Shown: positions 8,663 through 18,237, numbered from the stretch's first letter. The stretch is 32,557 nucleotides of DNA from an uncultured bacterium (GCA_964471275.1 CAYYGZ010000018.1:1-32557); one strand, 5' to 3'. The notes: generated from the letters alone by a model not told the origin. Numbers and translations are program-made.

Positions 8663-9673
8663 GTGCAGAATTTGACAGACCAGGTCTGTGAGTTGTGTGG
8701 TGAGGACATACCGTTCGCCCGCCTGCGTGCGCTGCCGATGGTTCGGACGTGTATACCGTGTCAGATGAAGATCGAATCGGGTGTCCGGGAGGGCCCTGTT
8801 TTCGGAGATACCGAACCCAAGGAGGAGGTCGCGCCTGTTGAAATGGATGGGGGGCTTGTCCGCAAGGGGAATTGGTCGACAAACCTGATGGCATTGAGCA
8901 GTGTATCCGGTGAAATTCAGTCGCTTGTGAACGGCGGAAAAGAGCGTGAGGCCAGTACGCTTGTCAGGCAGATGCCGCTCGAGGCCCAGGCCGCCATCGT
9001 CGCGCTGGACCGTGATCCCGAGCAGATGCTCTCGTTGACAGCCGTGAGCAAGGACGGGAAGGCAAACTACAGCCGTCAGGTGGTGTCTCTGCTGCCGACA
9101 GAGACGATCGCAGGAATGGTCGCTGTTCGTCCGGACGAGAAGGTCTACAACACGGCGCTCGTCAAGGCGATGTCCCCGCAGACTTTCCGCCGCGCGGTGG
9201 AGGAGACGCTCGATCCGATCGATGACCAGAGGTTGCGAGGGAAGGTCTCGTGGGAGTGGATGGAGGCCGTCGCCTCGATCGAAGATCCCGGTAGGGCAGC
9301 AGAGCTGCTCCGTGCTTGTGATCCCGAACCCCTGGAGGATGCCCTGATCAACCGGATGAAGGAACGGGACATAAACAAGATGGCTGGCGGTGTGAGTGTC
9401 TTTCGGTTCTTCTCGGGAGATGCAGCCGGTGCCATACAGCCGAGTCACTTTGTGTGGGGGGGGCACTTCGGTCGTGTGCTGGACAGCTTGTTCGATTCTG
9501 CTCCAGATCTGATCCGTCTCGTTATCCGGAGGGCGTGGGAGCGATCTGCCGGAGATGATGACGATGTCTCTGCGGCGAAGGAGGAGTCTAAAGCAGACCC
9601 GAAAACAGAAATCGAATCCGACAAGCCCGTGGATGAAGACGAAGACATTTCGCTATGGAAGCGCACAGAATGA
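8663..9673 (+). CDS. TraR/DksA C4 zinc finger fused to an uncharacterised helical domain
   Basis: CELCGEDIPFARLRALPMVRTCIPCQ at the N-terminus. GGAGG at 8653-8657 before GTG 8663. Acidic C-terminal tail. Confidence 0.8.
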   Translation: MQNLTDQVCELCGEDIPFARLRALPMVRTCIPCQMKIESGVREGPVFGDTEPKEEVAPVEMDGGLVRKGNWSTNLMALSSVSGEIQSLVNGGKEREASTLVRQMPLEAQAAIVALDRDPEQMLSLTAVSKDGKANYSRQVVSLLPTETIAGMVAVRPDEKVYNTALVKAMSPQTFRRAVEETLDPIDDQRLRGKVSWEWMEAVASIEDPGRAAELLRACDPEPLEDALINRMKERDINKMAGGVSVFRFFSGDAAGAIQPSHFVWGGHFGRVLDSLFDSAPDLIRLVIRRAWERSAGDDDDVSAAKEESKADPKTEIESDKPVDEDEDISLWKRTE

Positions 9674-10578
9674 ATCCGGGTCTCAGCACGGCCGATATCG
9701 GTCGCTTCGTCATCGACGAGAAGAGTTTTCTGGGACAGACACTGAAGCTCGGTATCGAATTCAATCTGCTGCCCGAGAATGCAGCCGACGCGCTCCGGAT
9801 GTATCTCCAGACGCACACGATGATATTCGGTCAGAAGAATCGAACGGGGATCGCGATTGGTCGTGAAGAACTGGAACAGGGCGTATTCCAGGCAATGGCG
9901 TGTCTGGATCTCGGGTTGGTCGACCAATCCGATGGTGATGCAAACAGAGGGGCTGAACTCCTGGCAACGGGCGACTTCGAGTCGGTTCGAAAACGCGGGT
10001 GGGAGATCGCCTTCTTCCAACTCGAAGAGATGCAGCAAGAGGCGAGGCTATTCCCGAAGCGGCGGGAATCTGCCTTCTTGCAGGATTACGCTGCGCCCGT
10101 CAGAAGGTGGACTCATACGGCCCCTGAGACCTGGCTGTGCACGGATCCTGAGGAGGAGGACGGTCCGACGATCGCCGACCCTGTCCGCGAGTACGGGACT
10201 TACCGCGATCTGATGCTGAAAATCGATCTTCTCCGGTCGCTCCCAGGCGATGCGTTGAAGCGGTTCGGGTCCGCTGCAGGCACCCGGTTGCCCTTTACGG
10301 ATCTCCTGCGAAACCTTGTCCTGAGCCTGTCGCTCGAGCTCGAAGCGCTCCTGCCTGATCCTGCGCAGATCACTGCCTTCACGGGCCTCCTGACCGCAGA
10401 AGGCCAGTACGCTCAGGTTGAGTCGATGGTCACGTCCCAACTGTCCGAGCAGCTTGGATCCGATGCGGACGAGGAAGCACGCGGTCGTTTTCTGGCTGAA
10501 GTAAGGGAAGAGATGCAAGACATGGTGCTTCTTTCCTCGGAGACGCTGGAGGACACGTTCGTCAGGCTGCCCTGTTGA
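9670..10578 (+). CDS. Hypothetical acidic helical protein (possibly DUF6178/DUF6179-related)
   Basis: About 300-aa ORF with an ATGA overlap on the upstream stop and coding-like composition. The family call is recalled similarity only. Confidence 0.75.
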   Translation: MNPGLSTADIGRFVIDEKSFLGQTLKLGIEFNLLPENAADALRMYLQTHTMIFGQKNRTGIAIGREELEQGVFQAMACLDLGLVDQSDGDANRGAELLATGDFESVRKRGWEIAFFQLEEMQQEARLFPKRRESAFLQDYAAPVRRWTHTAPETWLCTDPEEEDGPTIADPVREYGTYRDLMLKIDLLRSLPGDALKRFGSAAGTRLPFTDLLRNLVLSLSLELEALLPDPAQITAFTGLLTAEGQYAQVESMVTSQLSEQLGSDADEEARGRFLAEVREEMQDMVLLSSETLEDTFVRLPC

Positions 10579-10769
10579 GTCACCTGTCATAGCGATTCGA
10601 TACAAGGAGCGCTCCTTGTTCAGGTCCAGGATCTGTGACGGGCTCAGTCCGACAGAGGGGCGGGATCAAGCAGAGCTGCTTCGTGCGAATGGTGTCACCT
10701 TCAGGCGTGTTGACAACAGGTGTCATCTTCGCTTACCTGCCCGGACCAACTTCGGTGGAGGAGGAGAAG

Positions 10770-11717
10770 ATGACCATACAGGAACAGCTGGCCTGGGACC
10801 AGGTCGATGATGAAACACTCGCTTATTTCAAGGCCATCGGCGTGGACTACCTGACGGTCTACCCGACACCGGAAGATCTGAGTGACGGGCAGGACCGGCT
10901 GCAATACTGGAAGAATTGCGTCAGCCAAGTAGAATCGCACGGCCTTGTGCTGAGGAACGTGGCCAGCAAGTGCTGGGATGCGATCACGCTGGGGAAAGAC
11001 GATCGCGATCAGAAGATCAAAGCGTGGTGTATGCTGCTGAGGAACCTGGGCGATGCCGGAATACCGACTCTGGGTTATAACTTCAAGCCGGTCGGGAATT
11101 TTCGAACTAAATCTGCTACGGGGCGCGGAGGGGTTAAATACAGCACGTTCAACTATGGCGAGTGGGCATCGACAGATCAACAGCAGCCGGACAAGACGAT
11201 CGGCGAGCCGTCCATGTGGGCAAACCTCTCGTTTTTCCTGGAACGTGTGATACCTGTTGCCGAATCAGCCGGTGTGGTGATGGCGCTGCACCCGGACGAT
11301 CCGCCGATCGCCGAACCGATGGGCGGTGCTGCCCGCATCGTCTCGACGCTCGACCAGTACCATCGGATCTTTGATCTCGCTGACAGCCCGTCGAACGCGA
11401 TGCTGTTCTGCCAGGGATGCGTTTCGGAGATGGGAGAGGATGTTTTCGACGCGATCCGGAACATCGGCGGACGCGGGAAGATCGCGTATGTGCATTTCAG
11501 AGATATCGAGGGTACGCCGAAAGACTTTCGCGAAGTGTTCATCGATGAGGGAAAGACGGATATGCGGAAGGCTATGGAGGTCTACAAGGAGATCGGTTTC
11601 AATGGACCTTTTATGATGGATCATACGCCACGGTTCTCACAGGGACGAGCCGACTGGGTCGGCCGGGCCTACGCGGTGGGTTACATGCGCGCCCTGATCC
11701 AAACGGTATACGGTTAG
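10770..11717 (+). CDS. uxuA: Mannonate dehydratase family protein
   Basis: GIPTLGYNF, WANLSFFLERVIPVAESAGVVMALHPDDPP, FCQG, YVHFRD, EVFIDEG, DHTP, AYAVGYMRAL. GGAGGAGG SD. Confidence 0.88.
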   Translation: MTIQEQLAWDQVDDETLAYFKAIGVDYLTVYPTPEDLSDGQDRLQYWKNCVSQVESHGLVLRNVASKCWDAITLGKDDRDQKIKAWCMLLRNLGDAGIPTLGYNFKPVGNFRTKSATGRGGVKYSTFNYGEWASTDQQQPDKTIGEPSMWANLSFFLERVIPVAESAGVVMALHPDDPPIAEPMGGAARIVSTLDQYHRIFDLADSPSNAMLFCQGCVSEMGEDVFDAIRNIGGRGKIAYVHFRDIEGTPKDFREVFIDEGKTDMRKAMEVYKEIGFNGPFMMDHTPRFSQGRADWVGRAYAVGYMRALIQTVYG

Positions 11718-11725
11718 GAAGGGTA

Positions 11726-11781
11726 AGCAGGAACAGAGCGAGGGTGAGCTTCTCGAAGTCCGCCCTCGCTCTGTTCCTGCT
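11726..11781. repeat. Long inverted repeat (19-bp perfect arms) between convergent genes
   Basis: AGCAGGAACAGAGCGAGGG (11726-11744) pairs with CCCTCGCTCTGTTCCTGCT (11763-11781). Confidence 0.85.
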
Positions 11782-12340
11782 ACAGACCGAGGGCGTCAGA
11801 AACGCTTTGCATCGCGTTGATGCAGAAGGCGATGTGGTCCTCGATGGGAATCTCGAGTTCGTCCGCGCCAGTCCGTATGGCCTCGCGGCTGACGCCGCGA
11901 GCGAAACCCGCCTGCTTCATCTTCTTCTTCACCGAGGAGACCTTCAGATCCGAGAGCGACTTGCTGGGGCGCATCAACGTGACCGCGACGATGAAACCAG
12001 ACAGTTCATCGCAAGCGAATAGGGCTTTGTCGAGAGGGCTCTCTCGTGCTACGCCCAGGTAGGGGGCGTGCCCCTTGATGGCGTGGATCATCTCTTCCGG
12101 GTAGCCCAGTTCGGTCAGGATTGCGATCCCGAACATCGGATGCTCATCAGGCGTCGGATGCTTTTCGTAGTCGAAGTCGTGGAGCAGCCCCGTGATTCCC
12201 CAGAGGTCCGGATCGGCGTCGGATTTCACGGCATAGGCACGCATACAGACCTCGACCGCAAGCATATGCTTGATCAGATTCGGATTCTCCGTGTGCTCAC
12301 ACAGGAGGTTGAATGCTGCATGTCTGCTCGGTAACGCCAT
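11780..12340 (-). CDS. HD-domain (HDIG-type) metal-dependent phosphohydrolase
   Basis: KHMLAVE...GLLHDFDYE...H...IKGH...LFACDELSGFI...SVKKKMK..FARGVSRE. Confidence 0.9.
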   Translation of the reverse strand: MALPSRHAAFNLLCEHTENPNLIKHMLAVEVCMRAYAVKSDADPDLWGITGLLHDFDYEKHPTPDEHPMFGIAILTELGYPEEMIHAIKGHAPYLGVARESPLDKALFACDELSGFIVAVTLMRPSKSLSDLKVSSVKKKMKQAGFARGVSREAIRTGADELEIPIEDHIAFCINAMQSVSDALGL

Positions 12341-12348
12341 CTATCTCC

Positions 12349-12957
12349 TCAGTTCACTTTGCCGTTTCCACTGACCCGTCTGGCGTGTTCTCTCAAGCCG
12401 CTGAGCGTCCGCTCCAGCATCTCGCGAAGGAGCCTGAATCTCCCGGCGATGGATGTCTGCTCGAGGAGGATCTGCTGTCTGTCCACCGGTATGCCGAGGG
12501 AGGCAGCAATCGTATACGAGAGTAATCCGATCGATTCGTCGTCCTGGGCCGGTGCGCGATACCAGCCGATCGAGAGTTTGAGTGCCTCGATGTATAGGTC
12601 GCGAGTTTCGCTGACAAGAGCTTTGGACGGGGCGTCGGTGTCATCGGCGACACGTTCTACGATTCCCGACTTGTAGGGCTTGCCATCCTTTGTTTCAAGA
12701 ACACGGATCCGATCCGTGCCCTCGATGATGATGTTCATCCGACCGTCGGCAAACCGGTTGATCACATCGGTCACACGTGCCGCGCACCCGAACGCCTTGT
12801 AATCATCGTCTTCACCGAGTAACATCGCGAACTCTGTCTCATTCTCGAGACACTCCGTAATCATGAGCTTGTAACGGTCCTCGAAGATATGGAGCGGGAT
12901 GCGGCAGCCGGGAAAGAGCACCGTGCTCACTGGGAACAAGGGCAGCTCCTCACTCAT
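12349..12957 (-). CDS. LON peptidase substrate-binding domain protein (no ATPase or protease domain)
   Basis: LPLFPVSTVLFPGCRIPLHIFEDRY, DGRMNI, RQQILLE...R. The start overlaps the upstream gene's end. Confidence 0.88.
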   Translation of the reverse strand: MSEELPLFPVSTVLFPGCRIPLHIFEDRYKLMITECLENETEFAMLLGEDDDYKAFGCAARVTDVINRFADGRMNIIIEGTDRIRVLETKDGKPYKSGIVERVADDTDAPSKALVSETRDLYIEALKLSIGWYRAPAQDDESIGLLSYTIAASLGIPVDRQQILLEQTSIAGRFRLLREMLERTLSGLREHARRVSGNGKVN

Positions 12958-15226
12958 GCCTTCCCTCATCGGTGTAGATATCGCCGTATCGCGATGGATC
13001 ATCTGGTGCGCCGTAGGTCACAGACCACGTGAGCCGGGTCGACGTCTCCACCGAGAGGAGCGAAAGATTGAAACGTGGGTATCGGCGAAGGATTTCGAGT
13101 GGTAGTGCGACTTCGATCTCCCATGTGGTCAGTGATACCCGGGATACGACGTCACAGGGAACGCCGTCGTTGCTTTCGACGAGACCGAAGGCATTCACGA
13201 TAAGGTCTATACCCGGAAGGCCTGAACGGTGACCGTCTGGCGCGTATGCCAATGAAATCTCGATTCTGTCTTCGTCCGATGTTGTGTCAGGGGTATCCGT
13301 CAGCGTCGCGATGGGGAGCTTCCTGGCGGGATGCTGAACGGCTATGTAGGCAGAATCGGCCCGCTTGCCCGCACGAACTCGAACACGTGCTCCCGATCGG
13401 GCACCGTCCCAATCGGATCTCAGGTCCGCAAGATCCGTTGCTCCAGACCATTCATCGTCGGTGATCGATCCATCCAGCCTGGGGGCATTAGCAAGTGTCG
13501 CGAGCTCGATCGACCGGCGATCCGGGTAGGGGGCGCCCATTCCGGTCAGCGCGAGAAAGGCGGATCTGGCGAGCCCGGGCGACGTCGAGTTCTCTAATAT
13601 CTCGCGGAGGGGTGTGATCGTGCGGTGATCACCGATGATGCCGAGGACGTCGGCTGCCGCAGGAGCGCCCTCCGTGGCTGCATCCACGAGTGCCTCAATC
13701 ACAGAGTAGCTTCTCGTGCCGAGATCCACAAGCTTGTCACTTGCCGCATCCGCAAGTGCGTCGTGCTCGGAATCCAGAAGGCTCAGGATCAGTTTCGTGT
13801 GTTGTGGGACATTCCGGACGGGGTGGTAGGCGCGTATCAGAAAGGCGTTGGCATCCGGGGACCGCTGGTTGTCCCAGCTCCAATCCTCCGACGTGAACCC
13901 TTGGGTGTAGTGAGCGAACATCCTGGCCGCGTATCGTTGGAGGTCAGGGGATGGCGTGTCCAGGAACTGATACAGCACGTCGGGCGCGAGCTCTGACGTT
14001 CGCGTGACAAGTGCATAGGCAGCGCCCAGCCTGACCTGGATATCGGCATCGTTCCCGGCCAGGTCACTCAGAAGTTTGTCGCCGATGATGTCGGCTCTAT
14101 TCTGCAGGAGCCAGCAAGTGCTGTAGCGGGTCGCTGGGCTAGAGAGAAATTCGCGTATGACGCGGCTCTGAGCGTCGGTCTCCAGACCGGGGAGCGCCTC
14201 AAGTACTCCACCCAGCTCGAGCAGGTCGTCGGTCGAGAGTTGTGGGTCTCCGACGAGGGGGAGCTCGCCTTCAGCGGCATTCTCTGCGACCAGGAAGATG
14301 GGATTCCCGATGGTGTAGCGGCGTCCTGCTTCTGCGTAGAGTACAGCCCTGACGTAGCTGAAATCCTTCGCGGGTAGGAAGAAACGTTCTTCCCAGGCCG
14401 TTGTGCCCGGTTGTGCCGACCAGATCTCCACGCCGTCGGCAATGAGACTGACAGAATCGATCGGGTCTCTCGAGTGAGCTCTGATTCGCACGAAGGGTTC
14501 GCCCTCGTGGAAGACCGTATGCCCGAAGGTGTGGCCGTTGACCTGCAAGTCGAGTTGGATCCCTCCTGCATCGGATACAAAGGCCGAACCGCGACGCAGC
14601 GCGGCGATGACTTGGTCTGGTTGATTGCCCTCCGCCCAAACCGTTGTTTCGTGCGTCTGCGCCGGGGCCATAGCCAGACTGGTTCCCGTTATGAACAGTC
14701 GCCTGCCATTCGTCAGTGCGCGATCCCACGCCCCTCCCGGCGTAACGGCGTCAGCCCACTGTTCGGGGCTCGTGGGGGAGTATATCGAAACACGGTGGTC
14801 TTGAAGCAGGCTGTCCGGGAAACCGGTAAGGACGGCAACGCCTTTGTGGGCATTTACGGTCGTGAGGAGGTCGGTCAGTCGAGCCGGTACCGGGGCACGC
14901 GAATCGATTCCAAGTATTCTGAGGGTCGTTCGGCCGTCGCGCCAACCTGATCCCAGCACGGGCGTGATGCGGGGAACTGTGAGCTTGATTTCCTCGATGA
15001 TCTCGCTGAGGCCGACAAAGTTCCCTGAGCCTGGGGGGGCAGAGAGCACGACCCAGTCGAGGCCAGCTTCGGCGGCACGATGTACGCTTTCAGCTACGCT
15101 GGTAGAGGTTTTTTCAGCCGAGAACGTAGCGATATCTCCGCGATACCATCCCCATTCGGAAGAGACCGGTGACGAAGTTGTCGCGAGTAGAATGGCAAGA
15201 ATCAGGTAGGTTGTCCAGATGCGCAT
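12950..15226 (-). CDS. Secreted multidomain protein: degenerate PHP (CehA/McbA-like) domain, HEAT repeats and a CBM9-like domain
   Basis: Signal peptide; WYRGD.., AGLDWV, WDRALTNG, AALRRGSAFVS, YVRAV..GNPIF; HEAT-like VRLGAAYAL and LGIIGDHRTITPL; C-terminal PRLDG..DDEW...DRIEISL...WEIEVALP. Confidence 0.75.
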   Translation of the reverse strand: MRIWTTYLILAILLATTSSPVSSEWGWYRGDIATFSAEKTSTSVAESVHRAAEAGLDWVVLSAPPGSGNFVGLSEIIEEIKLTVPRITPVLGSGWRDGRTTLRILGIDSRAPVPARLTDLLTTVNAHKGVAVLTGFPDSLLQDHRVSIYSPTSPEQWADAVTPGGAWDRALTNGRRLFITGTSLAMAPAQTHETTVWAEGNQPDQVIAALRRGSAFVSDAGGIQLDLQVNGHTFGHTVFHEGEPFVRIRAHSRDPIDSVSLIADGVEIWSAQPGTTAWEERFFLPAKDFSYVRAVLYAEAGRRYTIGNPIFLVAENAAEGELPLVGDPQLSTDDLLELGGVLEALPGLETDAQSRVIREFLSSPATRYSTCWLLQNRADIIGDKLLSDLAGNDADIQVRLGAAYALVTRTSELAPDVLYQFLDTPSPDLQRYAARMFAHYTQGFTSEDWSWDNQRSPDANAFLIRAYHPVRNVPQHTKLILSLLDSEHDALADAASDKLVDLGTRSYSVIEALVDAATEGAPAAADVLGIIGDHRTITPLREILENSTSPGLARSAFLALTGMGAPYPDRRSIELATLANAPRLDGSITDDEWSGATDLADLRSDWDGARSGARVRVRAGKRADSAYIAVQHPARKLPIATLTDTPDTTSDEDRIEISLAYAPDGHRSGLPGIDLIVNAFGLVESNDGVPCDVVSRVSLTTWEIEVALPLEILRRYPRFNLSLLSVETSTRLTWSVTYGAPDDPSRYGDIYTDEGRHE

Positions 15227-15240
15227 CAGGCTGTACTCTG

Positions 15241-17172
15241 TCAGAGGCTTGTCCGCAGTTTCTCCGTCAATCCCTTACGGAGGAACTTCTGGAATCGTTC
15301 ACGATCTCGTGTCATCCCCGGAAACCGAGCCAGCTCGGTGCCTTCGGGGCTCACGATTGCGTAGAAGGGCAAGGCGACGGTGCCGAACTTGGCCTGCTGC
15401 AGGGCCCTGTTCTGCCCGTGGATTTCTTCCTGGCCGTCCGTATAAAGATGAACCACGATGTAGTTTTCCAGCAAGGCCCGGATTCTTGGGTCCGGGAAGA
15501 CGTTCGCTTCCATCCATCGACAATTGGTGCAGACGTAGCCTGTGAAGTCTATGAACACGTTCCTGCCCGTGGCTTGGGCACGAGCAAGCGCTTCCTGGTA
15601 GTTGTCCTGCCCGTCGAGCTCCTGTTTTTCCCCGCTCCGAACCTGTGCGATCAAGCCTTGGCTGCCGTAGGGGGGGAAGAAGGCATCAAGCTCGCCGAGC
15701 GGGGCCCCAAACAACCCCGTTACCAGGAAGAAAGAGAATGTGAAGAATCCGACGGTCGCCAGAAGCCTGCCGGGGCCGACAGTCTCGAGTGGCGTGTCGT
15801 GAGGCAGGCGTATCTTGCCGAGCAGATAGACACCACAGAGCAGGAAGAGGGCAATCCACGTGGCGATGAATACCTCGCGGCTGAGGAGTCCCCAGTTCCA
15901 GACGAGATCCACGTTGCTCAGAAACTTGAGAGCGGCAGCGAGTTCAAGAAAGCCCATCACGACTTTTACGGAATTCAACCACCCGCCCGATTTCGGGAGT
16001 GCGGACAGGCTTTGCGGAAACAGTGACAGGAAGAAGAACGGGAGTGCGAAAGCGATCGAGAAGATCAGCATTCCCAGGATGGGCCACGTCCAGGATCCCT
16101 GAGTCGTCAGTACGAGCAAGGCACCAACAAATGGGGCCGTGCAGGTGAATGAAGTGAGCGAGAACGTCAATCCCATGAGGAGGATGCCGACATAGCCACC
16201 CCTACCTGAGGCATTCAACCGGCTGAGGAGAGTGGTCGGGATCTGGATCTCGAACAGGCCGAACAAGCTGAGGGCAAAGGCGACGAAAACTGCCGTAATG
16301 AGCAGGTTGACCCAGGGATTTGCGGCGAATTGAGCCGCACCGGAAGCACCGAGCGTGAGTGCAAGCAGAGTACCCAGCCCCGTGAATGTGGCGACGATTC
16401 CGCCGCAATACACGACGGATCTGGTGATGGATTGCGTGTGTGTCGGTGGCGTATCGCCTTCATTCTGCTTTGTGAAGAATGAGACGGTTATCGGAACCAT
16501 CGGGAAGACACAGGGCGTCAGAAGAGCCAGTAATCCCATTGAGAAAGAAAGACAAAGAAATGCTCTAATCCCTTGCGACAGAGCAGTATCGATGTCTGAA
16601 ATACTACCGGTTCCGACGAGCAGTTCGTCGGGCTCACCAGGCGAAGCAGGCTTATTCTGCGTGAATGTGTAGGCCGAGCGAGAGGATCCAGACTCTATGT
16701 ATACCGGCACGGTGATCGTCTCGGTCGTCGGGGGGAGGCAGACAGACTCATTGCAGAGCATGTAGGTGATCTCAACCGCGGCTTCGGTGGCTCCCGCGTC
16801 CGCGCCTGCCGACACGAGTCCCCGAATGCCAAACCGAACAGATCGAGCGAAATATTCGACCTGGATGTCGAAATTGGGATCATGTTCGCGGATCGGGTTC
16901 GGCTGGATGATTGGCCCGATCTGAGTCAGCGGACCGCTATGAAGCTTGATTTCAGTGGGGAAGGGGCCACCCGGTGGTGTGGTGGCTGAGTAGATGTGCC
17001 AGTCCCCCGTTAGAGAGACGTCGAGCCATAGGGTCGCTGCCTCGCCGGGGCGAACGGGCACCGGGTCGATCGTGGTTTTGAATTGGGCTTGATCTTGGGC
17101 TGAAGCTGGAGTAGCACACAGAACCAGGAGTGTGAATGCGACGGCTCGCATCCGGGGTCTGGCTGGCATCAT
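15241..17172 (-). CDS. dsbD: Thiol:disulfide interchange protein DsbD
   Basis: N-domain WHIYS...CNESVCLPP; TM domain LLTPCVFPMVP, SFTCTAPF, LPKSGGW; thioredoxin DFTGYVCTNC. GGAGG before ATG 17172. Confidence 0.9.
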   Translation of the reverse strand: MMPARPRMRAVAFTLLVLCATPASAQDQAQFKTTIDPVPVRPGEAATLWLDVSLTGDWHIYSATTPPGGPFPTEIKLHSGPLTQIGPIIQPNPIREHDPNFDIQVEYFARSVRFGIRGLVSAGADAGATEAAVEITYMLCNESVCLPPTTETITVPVYIESGSSRSAYTFTQNKPASPGEPDELLVGTGSISDIDTALSQGIRAFLCLSFSMGLLALLTPCVFPMVPITVSFFTKQNEGDTPPTHTQSITRSVVYCGGIVATFTGLGTLLALTLGASGAAQFAANPWVNLLITAVFVAFALSLFGLFEIQIPTTLLSRLNASGRGGYVGILLMGLTFSLTSFTCTAPFVGALLVLTTQGSWTWPILGMLIFSIAFALPFFFLSLFPQSLSALPKSGGWLNSVKVVMGFLELAAALKFLSNVDLVWNWGLLSREVFIATWIALFLLCGVYLLGKIRLPHDTPLETVGPGRLLATVGFFTFSFFLVTGLFGAPLGELDAFFPPYGSQGLIAQVRSGEKQELDGQDNYQEALARAQATGRNVFIDFTGYVCTNCRWMEANVFPDPRIRALLENYIVVHLYTDGQEEIHGQNRALQQAKFGTVALPFYAIVSPEGTELARFPGMTRDRERFQKFLRKGLTEKLRTSL

Positions 17173-17325
17173 GAGTGGACCTCCCGCAAGGACTCCCGTG
17201 CGAAACCGCCCGGCTGGACAATTCCAATTCGCCAGTAAGCCTGGTTGTGATGGGTGTTTCCGACAGTCCATTAACGCCTGAGTGCGTCGTCCGTTGCGCA
17301 GCACGAAGGGATATCGGGGACCCGT

Positions 17326-18237
17326 CTAGCCTTCGATTTCTTCCGGGACGGGTACGTGATCTTCGTTGGAGAGAATCTCGATCAGTTTCTGAGTGGCAAG
17401 ACTGAAACTGCGTCCCTTGCGGTAGATGATGCCGACAGGACGCGTGAACGGCTCGTCATCGAAGGGCGTTGCTGTCAATGTCCCCCACGACTGCTCGTAC
17501 TTGACGGAAAGAGTGGGGACAATGGAGATACCGATGTCTACTTCGACCGCGTGTTTGATCGTTGCGATATGATCCAGTTCCATCACCACGTTTGGCCTGA
17601 CGCCGTGTTTGCGCAAGAAACGGTCGATGGCGCGGCGCGTGGGTGTTTCCGGTGTGAACAGAATCAGTGGGCGCCCGTTGAGCACCTTGGGCTCGATCAC
17701 CTTCTGTTTGGCAAGGTCGCTCTGCGGACTACTCACAACGACCATCGCGTCTTCCGTGAACTGGAGAACCTCGACATTCCGCTGAACCTTCGGGTAGGCA
17801 ACGATCCCCAGGTCGATCTCGCCGCTTGCGACATCATCATAGATCTTCTGTGCCTGATCATACTGAAGACGCAGATTAACCTTCGGGTAAGCCTTGATGA
17901 AGCTCTTGAGGTGCGGTGCCAGTTCCAGCATACCGACTGAATAGATGGCCGCAAGCCGCACTGTGCCCGAAACGATCCCGCCAAGCGCCTGTATGCGATG
18001 CTGCATTTCTTCGAACCGGCGCACGATCTCCCTCGCATATCTGTAGAAGATCTCGCCCTCCGCCGTAAGCGTGAGACGCCGCTTCTCTCGCTCGAGTAAC
18101 CGTTTGCTCTGTCGCTTCTCAATACTCTTGAGCTGCTGACTGACGGCAGACTGGGTGACTGAATTGAGGACTGCTGTTTTTGAGAAGCTCTGTGTCTCGA
18201 CGAGATCACAGAATACCTTGAGGCTTTCTACGAGCAC
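17326..18237 (-). CDS. LysR family transcriptional regulator
   Basis: SFSKTAVLNSVTQSAVSQQLKSIE HTH, LTLTAEG, DLGIV, substrate-binding domain. Confidence 0.93.
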   Translation of the reverse strand: MLVESLKVFCDLVETQSFSKTAVLNSVTQSAVSQQLKSIEKRQSKRLLEREKRRLTLTAEGEIFYRYAREIVRRFEEMQHRIQALGGIVSGTVRLAAIYSVGMLELAPHLKSFIKAYPKVNLRLQYDQAQKIYDDVASGEIDLGIVAYPKVQRNVEVLQFTEDAMVVVSSPQSDLAKQKVIEPKVLNGRPLILFTPETPTRRAIDRFLRKHGVRPNVVMELDHIATIKHAVEVDIGISIVPTLSVKYEQSWGTLTATPFDDEPFTRPVGIIYRKGRSFSLATQKLIEILSNEDHVPVPEEIEG

